Assembly (NCBI GenBank): GCA_051882035.1
Contig: JBJERA010000167.1
Location: 1-35,538, forward strand
Direction of reading: 5' to 3'
Length of the DNA stretch: 35,538 nucleotides
Source of the DNA: Hominimerdicola sp.
Lineage (GTDB): Bacteria > Bacillota > Clostridia > Oscillospirales > Ruminococcaceae
Shown here: positions 25,471-34,425 of the stretch, piece by piece
Layout of the letters: each line of letters begins with the position of its first letter
Numbering within the stretch: position 1 is the stretch's first letter
Notes under the pieces: model-generated
Database searches by the model: none
The model's input: only the letters and a program-made list of their open reading frames with translations
What the model was told of the DNA's origin: nothing
Translations under genes and position numbers: made by a program

Positions 25471-25501
25471 AAATGCTCCGTATTTCCTTGCGGAGCATTT
25501 T
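25471..25501 (+). terminator. Terminator of VTC operon
   Basis: AAATGCTCCG...CGGAGCATTTT. Confidence 0.8.
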
Positions 25502-25581
25502 ATGTATTTACAAAATTGCTATTGAAAACTTTTGAAAAATATGATAAAATAAATAGGTAATTATTTTTAAGGAGATTTGTT

Positions 25582-26694
25582 ATGGACTTGTCAGAACTCA
25601 GACTTGGTATTAATGAAATTGATAAGGAACTTCTTGAACTTTTTGAGAAAAGAATGAACCTTTGTTTTCAGGTAGCTGAATATAAAATTGAAAATAATCT
25701 TCCCGTTTTTCAAAGTGCAAGAGAAAAAGAAATCCTAGATAGGGTTTCTTCTCAGACTTCCGAAGAACTTGCAGGCGGTGCGAGAGTTTTCTTCCAGACT
25801 CTCATGGATATTTCCAAATGCAAGCAATATCAGAAATTTTTTGCAGATAAAAACGAAATTACATATGAAAAGCTTGATTTGACTGGAGAACGTGTGGTTG
25901 CCATTCCGGGAACAAGCGGTTCTTATTCCCACATTGCCGCAGGACAGATTTTTGAAGGTCTATCCCCTGTTTTCTATGAGGAATTTTCAGATGTTTTCAA
26001 GGCTGTTGAGGAGGGCAAGGCTGAATTCGGAATTGTGCCTATTGCTAATTCAACAGCAGGTACTGTTTCGGCAACATATGAACTTCTTAGAAAATTTGAT
26101 TTGAAAATCTGCGGTACAACAAAGGTTAAGGTTTCTCATTGCCTTGCCGCAAGAAAAGGCATAGGCATTTCAGATATAAAAATCGTTTATTCTCATGAGC
26201 AGGCACTGTCTCAATGCTCGCATTTCATTTCAGACCACAGTTTTAAGGCTCACAAATACACAAACACCGCAACTGCGGCTTGTTATGTTGCTCAAAGCGA
26301 TGAGCCTTTCGGGGCAATTTGTTCCGAAGAATGTGCTGAGGAACAGGGACTTGAAATTCTTTGCCGAGATATTGCTAATGTAACGGAAAATTATACTAAA
26401 TTTATTCTTATATCCAAAAAAATCCTGCGTTCGGAAAATGCAAATATTATTTCGGTTTGTCTTGCACTTCCCCACACTTCCTCGGCATTATACCGATTAC
26501 TTACTAAATTTTCAGTTGCCGGACTTAACCTGCTGATGATTGAAAGCAGACCTATTGCAAACACCGATTTTGACGCTTTTTTCTATCTTGATTTTGTTGG
26601 AGCAATCAATTCTCCCGAAGTGGCAATGCTGATGAACGAACTTGAATCGGAATTATCATATTTTCAATTTTTAGGAAACTATGAGGAGTTATAA
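25582..26694 (+). CDS. pheA: Bifunctional chorismate mutase/prephenate dehydratase
   Basis: AroQ N-terminus (LR..I..ID..L..L..R), [22 protein letters not shown] with IESRP. Confidence 0.92.
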   Translation: MDLSELRLGINEIDKELLELFEKRMNLCFQVAEYKIENNLPVFQSAREKEILDRVSSQTSEELAGGARVFFQTLMDISKCKQYQKFFADKNEITYEKLDLTGERVVAIPGTSGSYSHIAAGQIFEGLSPVFYEEFSDVFKAVEEGKAEFGIVPIANSTAGTVSATYELLRKFDLKICGTTKVKVSHCLAARKGIGISDIKIVYSHEQALSQCSHFISDHSFKAHKYTNTATAACYVAQSDEPFGAICSEECAEEQGLEILCRDIANVTENYTKFILISKKILRSENANIISVCLALPHTSSALYRLLTKFSVAGLNLLMIESRPIANTDFDAFFYLDFVGAINSPEVAMLMNELESELSYFQFLGNYEEL

Positions 26695-26696
26695 TT

Positions 26697-27170
26697 ATGC
26701 GTATAGGACACGGATATGACGTTCACCGCCTTACAGAGGGCAGAAAATTGATTTTAGGCGGAACCGAAATTGAATACGAAAAAGGATTGCTTGGACATTC
26801 TGATGCAGATGTTCTTGTTCATGCAATTATGGATTCAATGCTGGGAGCGTTGGCTCTTGGGGATATTGGCAAGCATTTTCCCGATACCGACGAGAAATAC
26901 AAGGGTGCTGACAGCATCTGGCTGTTAAAATATGTGTGTTCGTTAATTGGTGAGCACGGATACAAAATTGGCAACATTGATTCTACGATTTGTGCGCAAA
27001 AACCAAAGCTTTCACCTTATATTGAAGATATGCGAAAAAATATTGCCAATGCCTGCGGCTGTGATATTTCACAAATTTCGGTAAAAGCCACAACGGAAGA
27101 AAAGCTTGGATTTACCGGAGAAGGACTTGGAATTTCTGCAACGGCAGTTTGTCTTTTGCAGGAAATTTAA
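26697..27170 (+). CDS. ispF: 2-C-methyl-D-erythritol 2,4-cyclodiphosphate synthase
   Basis: [38 protein letters not shown]. Confidence 0.97.
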   Translation: MRIGHGYDVHRLTEGRKLILGGTEIEYEKGLLGHSDADVLVHAIMDSMLGALALGDIGKHFPDTDEKYKGADSIWLLKYVCSLIGEHGYKIGNIDSTICAQKPKLSPYIEDMRKNIANACGCDISQISVKATTEEKLGFTGEGLGISATAVCLLQEI

Positions 27171-27220
27171 GGCAATGCCGCACAAAGCCGTTAAGCGGTA
27201 GTTGTGCGGTGTTGCCTTAA
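27167..27220 (-). mobile_element. Internally deleted (54 bp) MITE family A copy at the ispF stop codon
   Basis: TTAA|GGCAATGCCGCACAA-AGCCGTTAAGCGGTAG-TTGTGCGGTGTTGCC|TTAA. Confidence 0.85.
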
Positions 27221-27232
27221 TGATTAATAAGT

Positions 27233-27272
27233 AAAACAAGACGAGCAGATGCTATCCGCTCGTCTTGTTTTT
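27233..27272. terminator. Bidirectional terminator between ispF and clpB
   Basis: AAAACAAGACGAGC...GCTCGTCTTGTTTT. Confidence 0.85.
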
Positions 27273-27291
27273 GTAAGGTATTTTCTGCCGT

Positions 27292-29907
27292 TTATTCGGC
27301 ATTTATGATACATTCAGCTTTAAATTGCCCATTTTCGTAGTCAACCTCAATAATTGAATCAGGTGCAACCTCGTCTGCAATAATCTTTCTTGCAATAAGA
27401 GTTTCAACCTTACGCTGAATAAATCTTTTCAGCGGTCTTGCTCCGAAATTCTGGTCGTAGCCCTGCTCAATAACAGCGTCCTTAGCCCTTTCAGTAAGGC
27501 GAACGCTTAAACGCTTGTCTGAAAGTCGTTTTTCAAGATTGTTGAGCATCAAATCGCAGATTCTGTAAATCTCAGTTTTCATAAGCGGCTTGTAGTAGAT
27601 TATTTCGTCAAGACGGTTAAGAAATTCAGGTCTGAACTGCTGTTTCAGCAAAGAGTCAACCTGCTTTTTCGCCTCGTCGGAAATTTCTCCGCTGTCATTA
27701 ATTCCGTCAAGAATATAAGGCGAGCCAAGGTTTGACGTAAGAATAATTATAGTATTCTTGAAATCTACCGTTCTTCCCTGAGAATCAGTGATTCTGCCGT
27801 CATCAAGAACTTGAAGCAGAATATTAAACACATCAGGATGAGCCTTTTCAATTTCATCGAGAAGAACAACAGAATAAGGCTTTCTGCGTACAGCCTCGGT
27901 GAGCTGACCGCCCTCCTCGTAGCCTACATATCCCGGAGGCGCTCCGATCAAACGGCTTACGCTGAATTTCTCCATATATTCCGACATATCTATACGGACA
28001 ATATTATTTTCATCGTCGAACAGCGCCTGCGCCAGAGCCTTTGCAAGCTCGGTTTTACCAACACCGGTAGGACCTAAGAACAGGAACGAACCGATAGGCT
28101 GATTAGGATTTGCAATGCCTGCTCTTGACCTTAGAATTGCCTCAGAAACCTTTTCGACTGCTTCATCCTGACCAATTACACGGTTGTGGAGAATCTCAGG
28201 CAAATGCAGAATTTTTTCTCTTTCACCCTCCATAAGCTTTGCAACCGGTATTCCCGTCCAGCGACAGATTATCTTTGCAATTTCCTCCTCTGTTACCTTA
28301 TCTCTCAGAAGAGTATTGGTATTCTGCGTTTTTTCAGCCTTTTCTTCCTCTATTTCAAGCTCTTTCTGCAAATTTGCAAGTTTTCCGTATTTCAGTTCAG
28401 CAAGTTTGTTAAGGTCATATTCACGCTCTGCACGGTCGATTTCCTTAGTGCAGTTTTCAATTTCCTCACGAAGTTTCTGAACCTTTGAAATAGCAGATTT
28501 TTCGTTCTCCCACTTAGCTTTCATTTCGTTGAACTGCTCACGCATTTGTGCAAGCTCTTTCTGAACCTCGTGAAGATGCTGGGCAGCAAGCTTATCAGTT
28601 TCCTTTTTCAGAACAGTTTCTTCAATTTCATGCTGTAAAATTTTACGTCTGATTTCATCAAGCTCCGTCGGCATTGAATCCATTTCCGTTCTAATCATCG
28701 CACAAGCCTCGTCCACAAGGTCGATTGCCTTATCGGGCAAAAATCTGTCACTGATATAACGGTTTGACAAAACTGCTGCTGCGATTAGAGCCTGGTCTTG
28801 AATCTTTACGCCGTGAAATACCTCGTAACGCTCTTTCAGACCTCTTAAAATTGAAATACTGTCTTCAACAGTCGGCTCGGAAACCATTACCGGCTGAAAA
28901 CGTCTTTCAAGAGCGGCATCTTTTTCGATATACTGACGGTATTCATTGAGAGTAGTTGCTCCGATACAATGGAGTTCGCCCCTTGCCAGCATTGGCTTTA
29001 AGAGGTTTCCTGCATCCATTGCTCCGTCGGATTTGCCTGCGCCTACAATAGTATGAAGTTCATCGATAAACAGAATAATCCTGCCCTCTGATTTTTTGAT
29101 TTCTTCAACAACGGCTTTGAAACGCTCCTCAAATTCACCTCTGTACTTTGCGCCCGCAATAAGAGAGCCCATATCAAGAGAGAAAACCTGTCTGTCTTTC
29201 AGGCTGTCCGGAACATCGCCGCTAACAATTCTCTGTGCAAGACCTTCGGCAATAGCGGTTTTACCTACGCCCGGTTCACCTATAAGACAAGGATTATTTT
29301 TGGTTTTTCTTGAAAGAATCCTGATAACGTTTCTGATTTCGCTGTCACGTCCGATAACAGGGTCAAGCTTATTCTGTCTTGCAAGCTCTACCAGATCCTG
29401 ACCGTATTTTTTCAGCACATCATAGGTTTCCTCAGGATTTTGGTTTGTAACTCTTGCACTTCCTCTGACTTCCTGCAACACTTTTAGAAAGTTATTTTTC
29501 TTTATTCCAAAGGTTTTGAAAATCTCTTTTACGGAGGAATTAGGACTCTCCATTACTCCCAGAACAAGATGCTCAACCGAAACAAATTCGTCGCCCATGC
29601 GTTTAGCCTGAGATTCCGCCTCCGCAAAGGCTTTGTCAAGCTCACTTGAAATATATACCGAGCCTTGTTCACGTCCGCCCACAGTTACTTTTGGGATTTT
29701 ATTAATTTCGCTGTTTATCGCCTGCAAAAGATTTTCAGGCATTATTTCCATTTTTGCAAAAAGCTGTGGAATCAAACCGTCCTGCTGAGAAAGCAAAGCC
29801 GACAAAAGGTGCTGTTGGTCTACTGCCTGATTTGAATTTCTCGATGCAATCGACTGTGCTTCCTGCAAAGCTTCAAGAGATTTCTGTGTAAATTTCTGTA
29901 CATTCAT
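27292..29907 (-). CDS. clpB: ATP-dependent disaggregase ClpB
   Basis: 871 aa, GEPGVGKT and GPTGVGKT Walker A motifs, long coiled-coil middle domain. Confidence 0.97.
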   Translation of the reverse strand: MNVQKFTQKSLEALQEAQSIASRNSNQAVDQQHLLSALLSQQDGLIPQLFAKMEIMPENLLQAINSEINKIPKVTVGGREQGSVYISSELDKAFAEAESQAKRMGDEFVSVEHLVLGVMESPNSSVKEIFKTFGIKKNNFLKVLQEVRGSARVTNQNPEETYDVLKKYGQDLVELARQNKLDPVIGRDSEIRNVIRILSRKTKNNPCLIGEPGVGKTAIAEGLAQRIVSGDVPDSLKDRQVFSLDMGSLIAGAKYRGEFEERFKAVVEEIKKSEGRIILFIDELHTIVGAGKSDGAMDAGNLLKPMLARGELHCIGATTLNEYRQYIEKDAALERRFQPVMVSEPTVEDSISILRGLKERYEVFHGVKIQDQALIAAAVLSNRYISDRFLPDKAIDLVDEACAMIRTEMDSMPTELDEIRRKILQHEIEETVLKKETDKLAAQHLHEVQKELAQMREQFNEMKAKWENEKSAISKVQKLREEIENCTKEIDRAEREYDLNKLAELKYGKLANLQKELEIEEEKAEKTQNTNTLLRDKVTEEEIAKIICRWTGIPVAKLMEGEREKILHLPEILHNRVIGQDEAVEKVSEAILRSRAGIANPNQPIGSFLFLGPTGVGKTELAKALAQALFDDENNIVRIDMSEYMEKFSVSRLIGAPPGYVGYEEGGQLTEAVRRKPYSVVLLDEIEKAHPDVFNILLQVLDDGRITDSQGRTVDFKNTIIILTSNLGSPYILDGINDSGEISDEAKKQVDSLLKQQFRPEFLNRLDEIIYYKPLMKTEIYRICDLMLNNLEKRLSDKRLSVRLTERAKDAVIEQGYDQNFGARPLKRFIQRKVETLIARKIIADEVAPDSIIEVDYENGQFKAECIINAE

Positions 29908-29949
29908 AATAATTCCTCCTCGTCAAATTTCTTTTGTTCTTCCGTTGTT

Positions 29950-30603
29950 TTAAAGTACGGTTACTCCTTTTTCAAGATAGTTTTTATATTTTTCTGAAAT
30001 TTTGTTAGCTTGTGAATTTGGATCGGATATATTATCAAAATATATCTGAATACACTCGTCCATAAGCTTTATATATTCTCCGATTGAATTGCCTATTTCT
30101 TCATCCGTCAGCGAGGTCGAAGGGGAATAAAAATCTCTGGTGAAACGTCCTTCTTCCTCAATACTCGGCACGCCGTTTGTGAAAAGCTTAGCAAGATAAT
30201 TGTTTTCCAAAGCCTGCCACAGCTTAAAAAATCCGCTGATTGCATTAATAAGCGCCGAACTCTGAGTTCTGAACTGAACCTTTAATCTGCCAACCTTTCC
30301 ATTGAAATCCTTTGAAAGCTCCACACTGTACCTAATAGTAGGCTTATATTTATATCTGAGCGGACTTTTTATAGAAATCATTGCGTCCGACGGCTGAGCC
30401 ATAAACTGAAATCTTGTATCCATAAGCTGTTCTATTGTTGAAAAAATATCCCTCATTCTCATTTCGGGGGTAACGCATTGAACACGCTCTGCAAGAATTT
30501 GATTTATGAGATTGGAACGGCTTGTGTTCATCTGATACGCAAGCCTGTCCACAGCCTCCACAACCTCGTCGGCAAGCACTAAGCTGTAAACGCTCTTGCC
30601 CAT
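29950..30603 (-). CDS. Uncharacterised protein with N-terminal ribbon-helix-helix (CopG-like) domain
   Basis: KSVYSLVL beta strand, VVEAVDRLA helix, SRSNLINQIL helix; C-terminal ~170 aa of unknown fold; 42 bp upstream of clpB. Confidence 0.75.
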   Translation of the reverse strand: MGKSVYSLVLADEVVEAVDRLAYQMNTSRSNLINQILAERVQCVTPEMRMRDIFSTIEQLMDTRFQFMAQPSDAMISIKSPLRYKYKPTIRYSVELSKDFNGKVGRLKVQFRTQSSALINAISGFFKLWQALENNYLAKLFTNGVPSIEEEGRFTRDFYSPSTSLTDEEIGNSIGEYIKLMDECIQIYFDNISDPNSQANKISEKYKNYLEKGVTVL

Positions 30604-30625
30604 GTATCTCAGTCCTTTCTTTTGT

Positions 30626-30740
30626 TCTTTATAACATTATACCACAATTATATAATTTGTCAATAGCATTATATAATTTTAATTACGAATTATATAATAT
30701 TACAAATAAGATTATATTTTTTGCCTGCTGATTATATAAT
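30626..30740. promoter_or_regulatory. Phased ATTATATAAT palindrome array overlapping the RHH-clpB promoter
   Basis: Perfect copies at 30647, 30668, 30689, 30731; degenerate at 30626 and 30711; minus-strand TTGACA(30663)-16-TATAAT(30641). Confidence 0.75.
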
Positions 30741-30880
30741 TTGCACAAAGAGTAACACATATTCAACGTCCAAATATAAAAATATTCCAAATTCCACTTA
30801 CAATATAGTATTTTAAGGAAAATCGTCTACTTATATATAATAGCTGCCAATATTATATCACACAACCACAAAATAAAAAT

Positions 30881-31029
30881 GGGCTGTTGCAGGTTAACAA
30901 TAACTTCATAAAATCAAACGGGCGGTCAAAGACCGCCCCTACGTTATATGCATATTTACGTTTTTTCATATGCAGGAGCGACCTGTGGTCGCCCGATTTT
31001 GTTAAGACTTTATGACTGTGCAACAGCCC
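30881..31029. repeat. Composite element: inverted REP doublet inside GGGCTGTTGCA inverted repeats
   Basis: GGGCTGTTGCA 30881..30891 / TGCAACAGCCC 31019..31029; REPs at 30919..30942 (-) and 30972..30995 (+). Confidence 0.75.
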
Positions 31030-31041
31030 CTTGATTAATCG

Positions 31042-32319
31042 CTACTTGCCTGATAAATATTCAATTATCTCATTATAAAGATTGACAGATGCCATTTGCG
31101 AGTTTATTTTCTGATGATAAAGACTGTCGCTGGCGGTACTGAACAATCGAGCAATCTCTTGATTTTCAAGATTAGGATTCATTAGTTTTATGGTATTTAT
31201 CTGAGAATTTTGTGAATGCTCTTCAATTTTCTCGTTTGCGTCTACCGATAGTCCTTTCAGCATATCTCTTGCTTCAAGCGTTTCCACAGCGGCAGCGCTA
31301 AGGGGTACGCCAATGCTTGTACCTTGATTTAAAGCCATTTCTTCACTGTTTATCAGATAATTCAACAAAGATGCAGCCGCCTCAGGATATTCAGTAGTTT
31401 TTTTTATGGAATAAAAAGCCGATGGTTTGTAATACCAGCCAAAAGCCTTTGAGCTTTCCATAATGGGATAATCTCCAACCTTTATATTATACCCTTCATT
31501 TGAAATAGAAGAATAATAGTAACTTCCCTCTGAAATCCACACTGCTATTCCACCGGTAATGCAGTTCTGAAAATCACGGCGGCTGAATTCAGAAACAGGT
31601 TTTATAACCTTTTGCTTCACAAGGCTGACATAAAAATCCAACATAAGTTTCAATTCTTCCGATGTATACTGAAACTTGCCGTTTTCATCATACATAGCTA
31701 TTCCTGTAACCTGCTCGGCATAAGCAGCACAGCAAATCCAGCATGAAAGCTCGTTAAGCGACAGCGGATACACCTCGTCAGACTTCATTACATCAGCCGC
31801 CCTGAATAAATCTTCCCATGTTTCAGGCAATTCAAGTCCGTAAGAATCATAAAGCGTTTTATTATAATAAAATGTCACAGCATCAAGCGAAACAGGAATT
31901 CCGTAAAGCTTTCCGTCCTTTGTTCCATAGGAAAGTACTTCTTCAGAAAATTTGCTTATATCAACATACTCGCTCAATTCATAAATATTATATAAGGCGT
32001 TGTCCTGCTGGGCATATTCGTCAAGCCAGTTATAATTCAACTGCATAACATCGGCTTGGGTATTTGAATAAATCTCTACGTCTATACGGGTTTTTAATCC
32101 ATCAAAATCACTGTATTCGGGATTAATAGAAATATTCGTATTCTGATTTTCAAAAATGTCAATTCCGTCAAGAATATATTTATTCCTGTCGTCCTTGCCC
32201 CACCATGAAAAACGCAAAGTTGAAACTGTATCCTGATTAATAATCTTGGGCTCGTTAGTGCATGACACAAGAGAAAGTAATACAGAAAATGCAACTACTC
32301 CACTTAACAATCGTTTCAC
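31042..32319 (-). CDS. Extracellular solute-binding lipoprotein (sugar-binding family 1-like)
   Basis: Lipobox LVSC, LRFSWWG, ADVMQ, DGKLYGIP, YYNK, PETWEDL. Confidence 0.88.
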   Translation of the reverse strand: MKRLLSGVVAFSVLLSLVSCTNEPKIINQDTVSTLRFSWWGKDDRNKYILDGIDIFENQNTNISINPEYSDFDGLKTRIDVEIYSNTQADVMQLNYNWLDEYAQQDNALYNIYELSEYVDISKFSEEVLSYGTKDGKLYGIPVSLDAVTFYYNKTLYDSYGLELPETWEDLFRAADVMKSDEVYPLSLNELSCWICCAAYAEQVTGIAMYDENGKFQYTSEELKLMLDFYVSLVKQKVIKPVSEFSRRDFQNCITGGIAVWISEGSYYYSSISNEGYNIKVGDYPIMESSKAFGWYYKPSAFYSIKKTTEYPEAAASLLNYLINSEEMALNQGTSIGVPLSAAAVETLEARDMLKGLSVDANEKIEEHSQNSQINTIKLMNPNLENQEIARLFSTASDSLYHQKINSQMASVNLYNEIIEYLSGK

Positions 32320-32323
32320 AAAG

Positions 32324-33817
32324 CTACACCCGCCTTTTTTCCTGCTGCTCGCTCTTCAAAAGCACAGGCTTGCCATTGTTTGTTTCAAGAGCCTGCGCCA
32401 AAGCCTCAATCGCCTGTTCATAAAGTTCGTCATAATCGCTGCTTGTATCAGGATAAATTACTGCACCAACAGCAGTTTTTATCATTCCTCTATTGTTATC
32501 AAGTTCACATTCCGCAAGATTTTTTTCAAGAATATTAAGGTTTTCTTTTAATCTGCCATGAGCCTTGAAAAGGTCAAATTCGGTAAAATCGGCAAAAATA
32601 GCAAACTCGTTTTTACCAATTCTTCCTATAATATCATTTTCACCATAAATATCCGTCAAAACATTTTTCACTTTGAGAACAGCCTCTTCGGCAATTTTTT
32701 CATCATAATTTTCAAGAATCAAATTGTAATTTGAAATTGAAACCAACGCAAGCATTATTGTCGAACCGGTTATGCAGGTTTCAATTTTGTCTGCAATTTT
32801 ATTTTCAGTCGCCTCAGGATTTAACAGCCCCGTCAGCTCATCAGTTTCGCCCGAACGATTCTGAGAAGATTTATAGCTGATTTCAGGATTCTTTTCCGAA
32901 GAAATAAGAAAACCAATCAAGTGGAATAAAATAGTTCCGAATATGGTAAGCACCAACGCCGTTGCGGTAGTTTTTTTCACATTTTCATACTGCTTTTCAA
33001 GGCTTAGAACAGTATTGATTTTCCAATCGCTTCCGCAAGACGAAATTCCTGTAATGTAATTCTTGGAAACCACAACACAATCATTATTCTCACTAATATC
33101 ATCTAAAAGCTCATCAGGAAGTTTTTCGCCAAGTTCACTGTCATTTCCAGAATAAATGACATTGTTGCCTGCATCAGAAAGCAGAACACGCACATTATCC
33201 GCCTGTTTTTCAGGAATAAGCACATTTTCAAGGTCAGTGGAATAGAAGGATGCCACAAAAATAGCATTGTCATTTGCCTTTTTCAGATAAATAAATCTAC
33301 TGTAATCATTATTATATCCGGTAACCCATTTAGTTTGGTCCGAACCGAGATATTCCGACAACGCATAAAAAATATTTCCCTCATAAATATCCATCAACCC
33401 GTCGGTAATTTTGCCCAAAGAATGGTTATTTCTATAAACTATTCCAAAATCAGCATAGTTATCCATAAGACTTACAGAAATAAGATATTCCTCAATTTCC
33501 TTTTCCATACGAATATTGTTTTCATAATCGTTTTTCTGTCGAGTAATATCATAAGAAATATAGTCATTTTTAGAAAATACAATTTTACTTGTGTTTTCTA
33601 GCTTATTCAGATAGCTGTTTATACTTTTCTTCATTTGCAGGTTCATAGACTCAACAAGCTGAGAATTATTATCAATCGTATCCTGCATTAACCGATATTC
33701 CAAAACTGCAAAAGTTACTATGCAGGTAACAAAAAACACCACAGAATAGCCCCAAATCAATCGATTTCTGACTTTCTTAACTCTATTATAAACAATTATT
33801 TCAAAAGATTTAGCCAT
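32324..33817 (-). CDS. Two-TM Cache-like sensor with degenerate GGDEF domain
   Basis: TM-extracellular domain-TM; DELTGLLN, RIGKNEF in place of GG(D/E)EF, GAVIYP, A..AL..A. Confidence 0.8.
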   Translation of the reverse strand: MAKSFEIIVYNRVKKVRNRLIWGYSVVFFVTCIVTFAVLEYRLMQDTIDNNSQLVESMNLQMKKSINSYLNKLENTSKIVFSKNDYISYDITRQKNDYENNIRMEKEIEEYLISVSLMDNYADFGIVYRNNHSLGKITDGLMDIYEGNIFYALSEYLGSDQTKWVTGYNNDYSRFIYLKKANDNAIFVASFYSTDLENVLIPEKQADNVRVLLSDAGNNVIYSGNDSELGEKLPDELLDDISENNDCVVVSKNYITGISSCGSDWKINTVLSLEKQYENVKKTTATALVLTIFGTILFHLIGFLISSEKNPEISYKSSQNRSGETDELTGLLNPEATENKIADKIETCITGSTIMLALVSISNYNLILENYDEKIAEEAVLKVKNVLTDIYGENDIIGRIGKNEFAIFADFTEFDLFKAHGRLKENLNILEKNLAECELDNNRGMIKTAVGAVIYPDTSSDYDELYEQAIEALAQALETNNGKPVLLKSEQQEKRRV

Positions 33818-33935
33818 TTGACATCACCCCATAATATAAAACATTATACCACATATTTAACAATAATAAATTGTTTTTTTATGAACTATCATAATTTCTA
33901 CTTTATAGATTTGTATATTTTTTTCTAATAACCAC

Positions 33936-33984
33936 TTGACAAATGACTTAAAATGTTGTATAGTTAGTTACAGAAGTAATTAAC
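33936..33984 (+). promoter_or_regulatory. Promoter and palindromic operator of GntR-ABC operon
   Basis: TTGACA-17-TATAGT; GTTAGTTAC-AGAA-GTAATTAAC (33963..33984) overlaps the -10/+1 region. Confidence 0.75.
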
Positions 33985-34056
33985 CAATAAACATATAACA
34001 AAAGGTAATACTTCTGAACAAAAGAGAGCAGATAACAAAAACGAAGGAGGTCAACT

Positions 34057-34425
34057 ATGGATTTCAATTCCACAAACGAAAAGCCCATTTACATTCAGCT
34101 GGCAGACTGGCTCGCCGACATGATTATTGAGGGTGCTGTCAAAGAGGGGGAACAAATCCCCTCCACTACTGAAATTTCTGTGGCATATAAGGTTAATCCT
34201 GCCACAGCATTAAAAGGCATTAATATTCTTGTAGACAAAAGCGTTATTTTTAAGAAAAGAGGGGTTGGTATGTTTGTAAGCGATGGGGCGGTTAAAATTC
34301 TGAAAAAAGAGAGAAAAAACGATTTTCAGAAAACCTTTGTAAAAGCTATGGTAGACGAAGCGAAAAAACTGGGCATTGATAAGAAAGAAATTTTGTCCAT
34401 GATTGAAAGGAGTTTTGACGAATGA
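34057..34425 (+). CDS. GntR-family regulator, YtrA subfamily
   Basis: KPIYIQL, IPST, VNPATA, RGVGMFV; short 122 aa, precedes ABC ATPase. Confidence 0.9.
   Translation: MDFNSTNEKPIYIQLADWLADMIIEGAVKEGEQIPSTTEISVAYKVNPATALKGINILVDKSVIFKKRGVGMFVSDGAVKILKKERKNDFQKTFVKAMVDEAKKLGIDKKEILSMIERSFDE

Noticed and set aside
30626-30740. CRISPR array or plasmid iteron origin
   Set aside because: 10-bp units with 11-bp spacers are too short for CRISPR, and there is no cas or rep gene; better explained as an operator array.
20583-30871. CACAACCACAA shared by two intergenic regions (near 20583 and 30861)
   Set aside because: A single 11-bp match with no functional link; compatible with chance.
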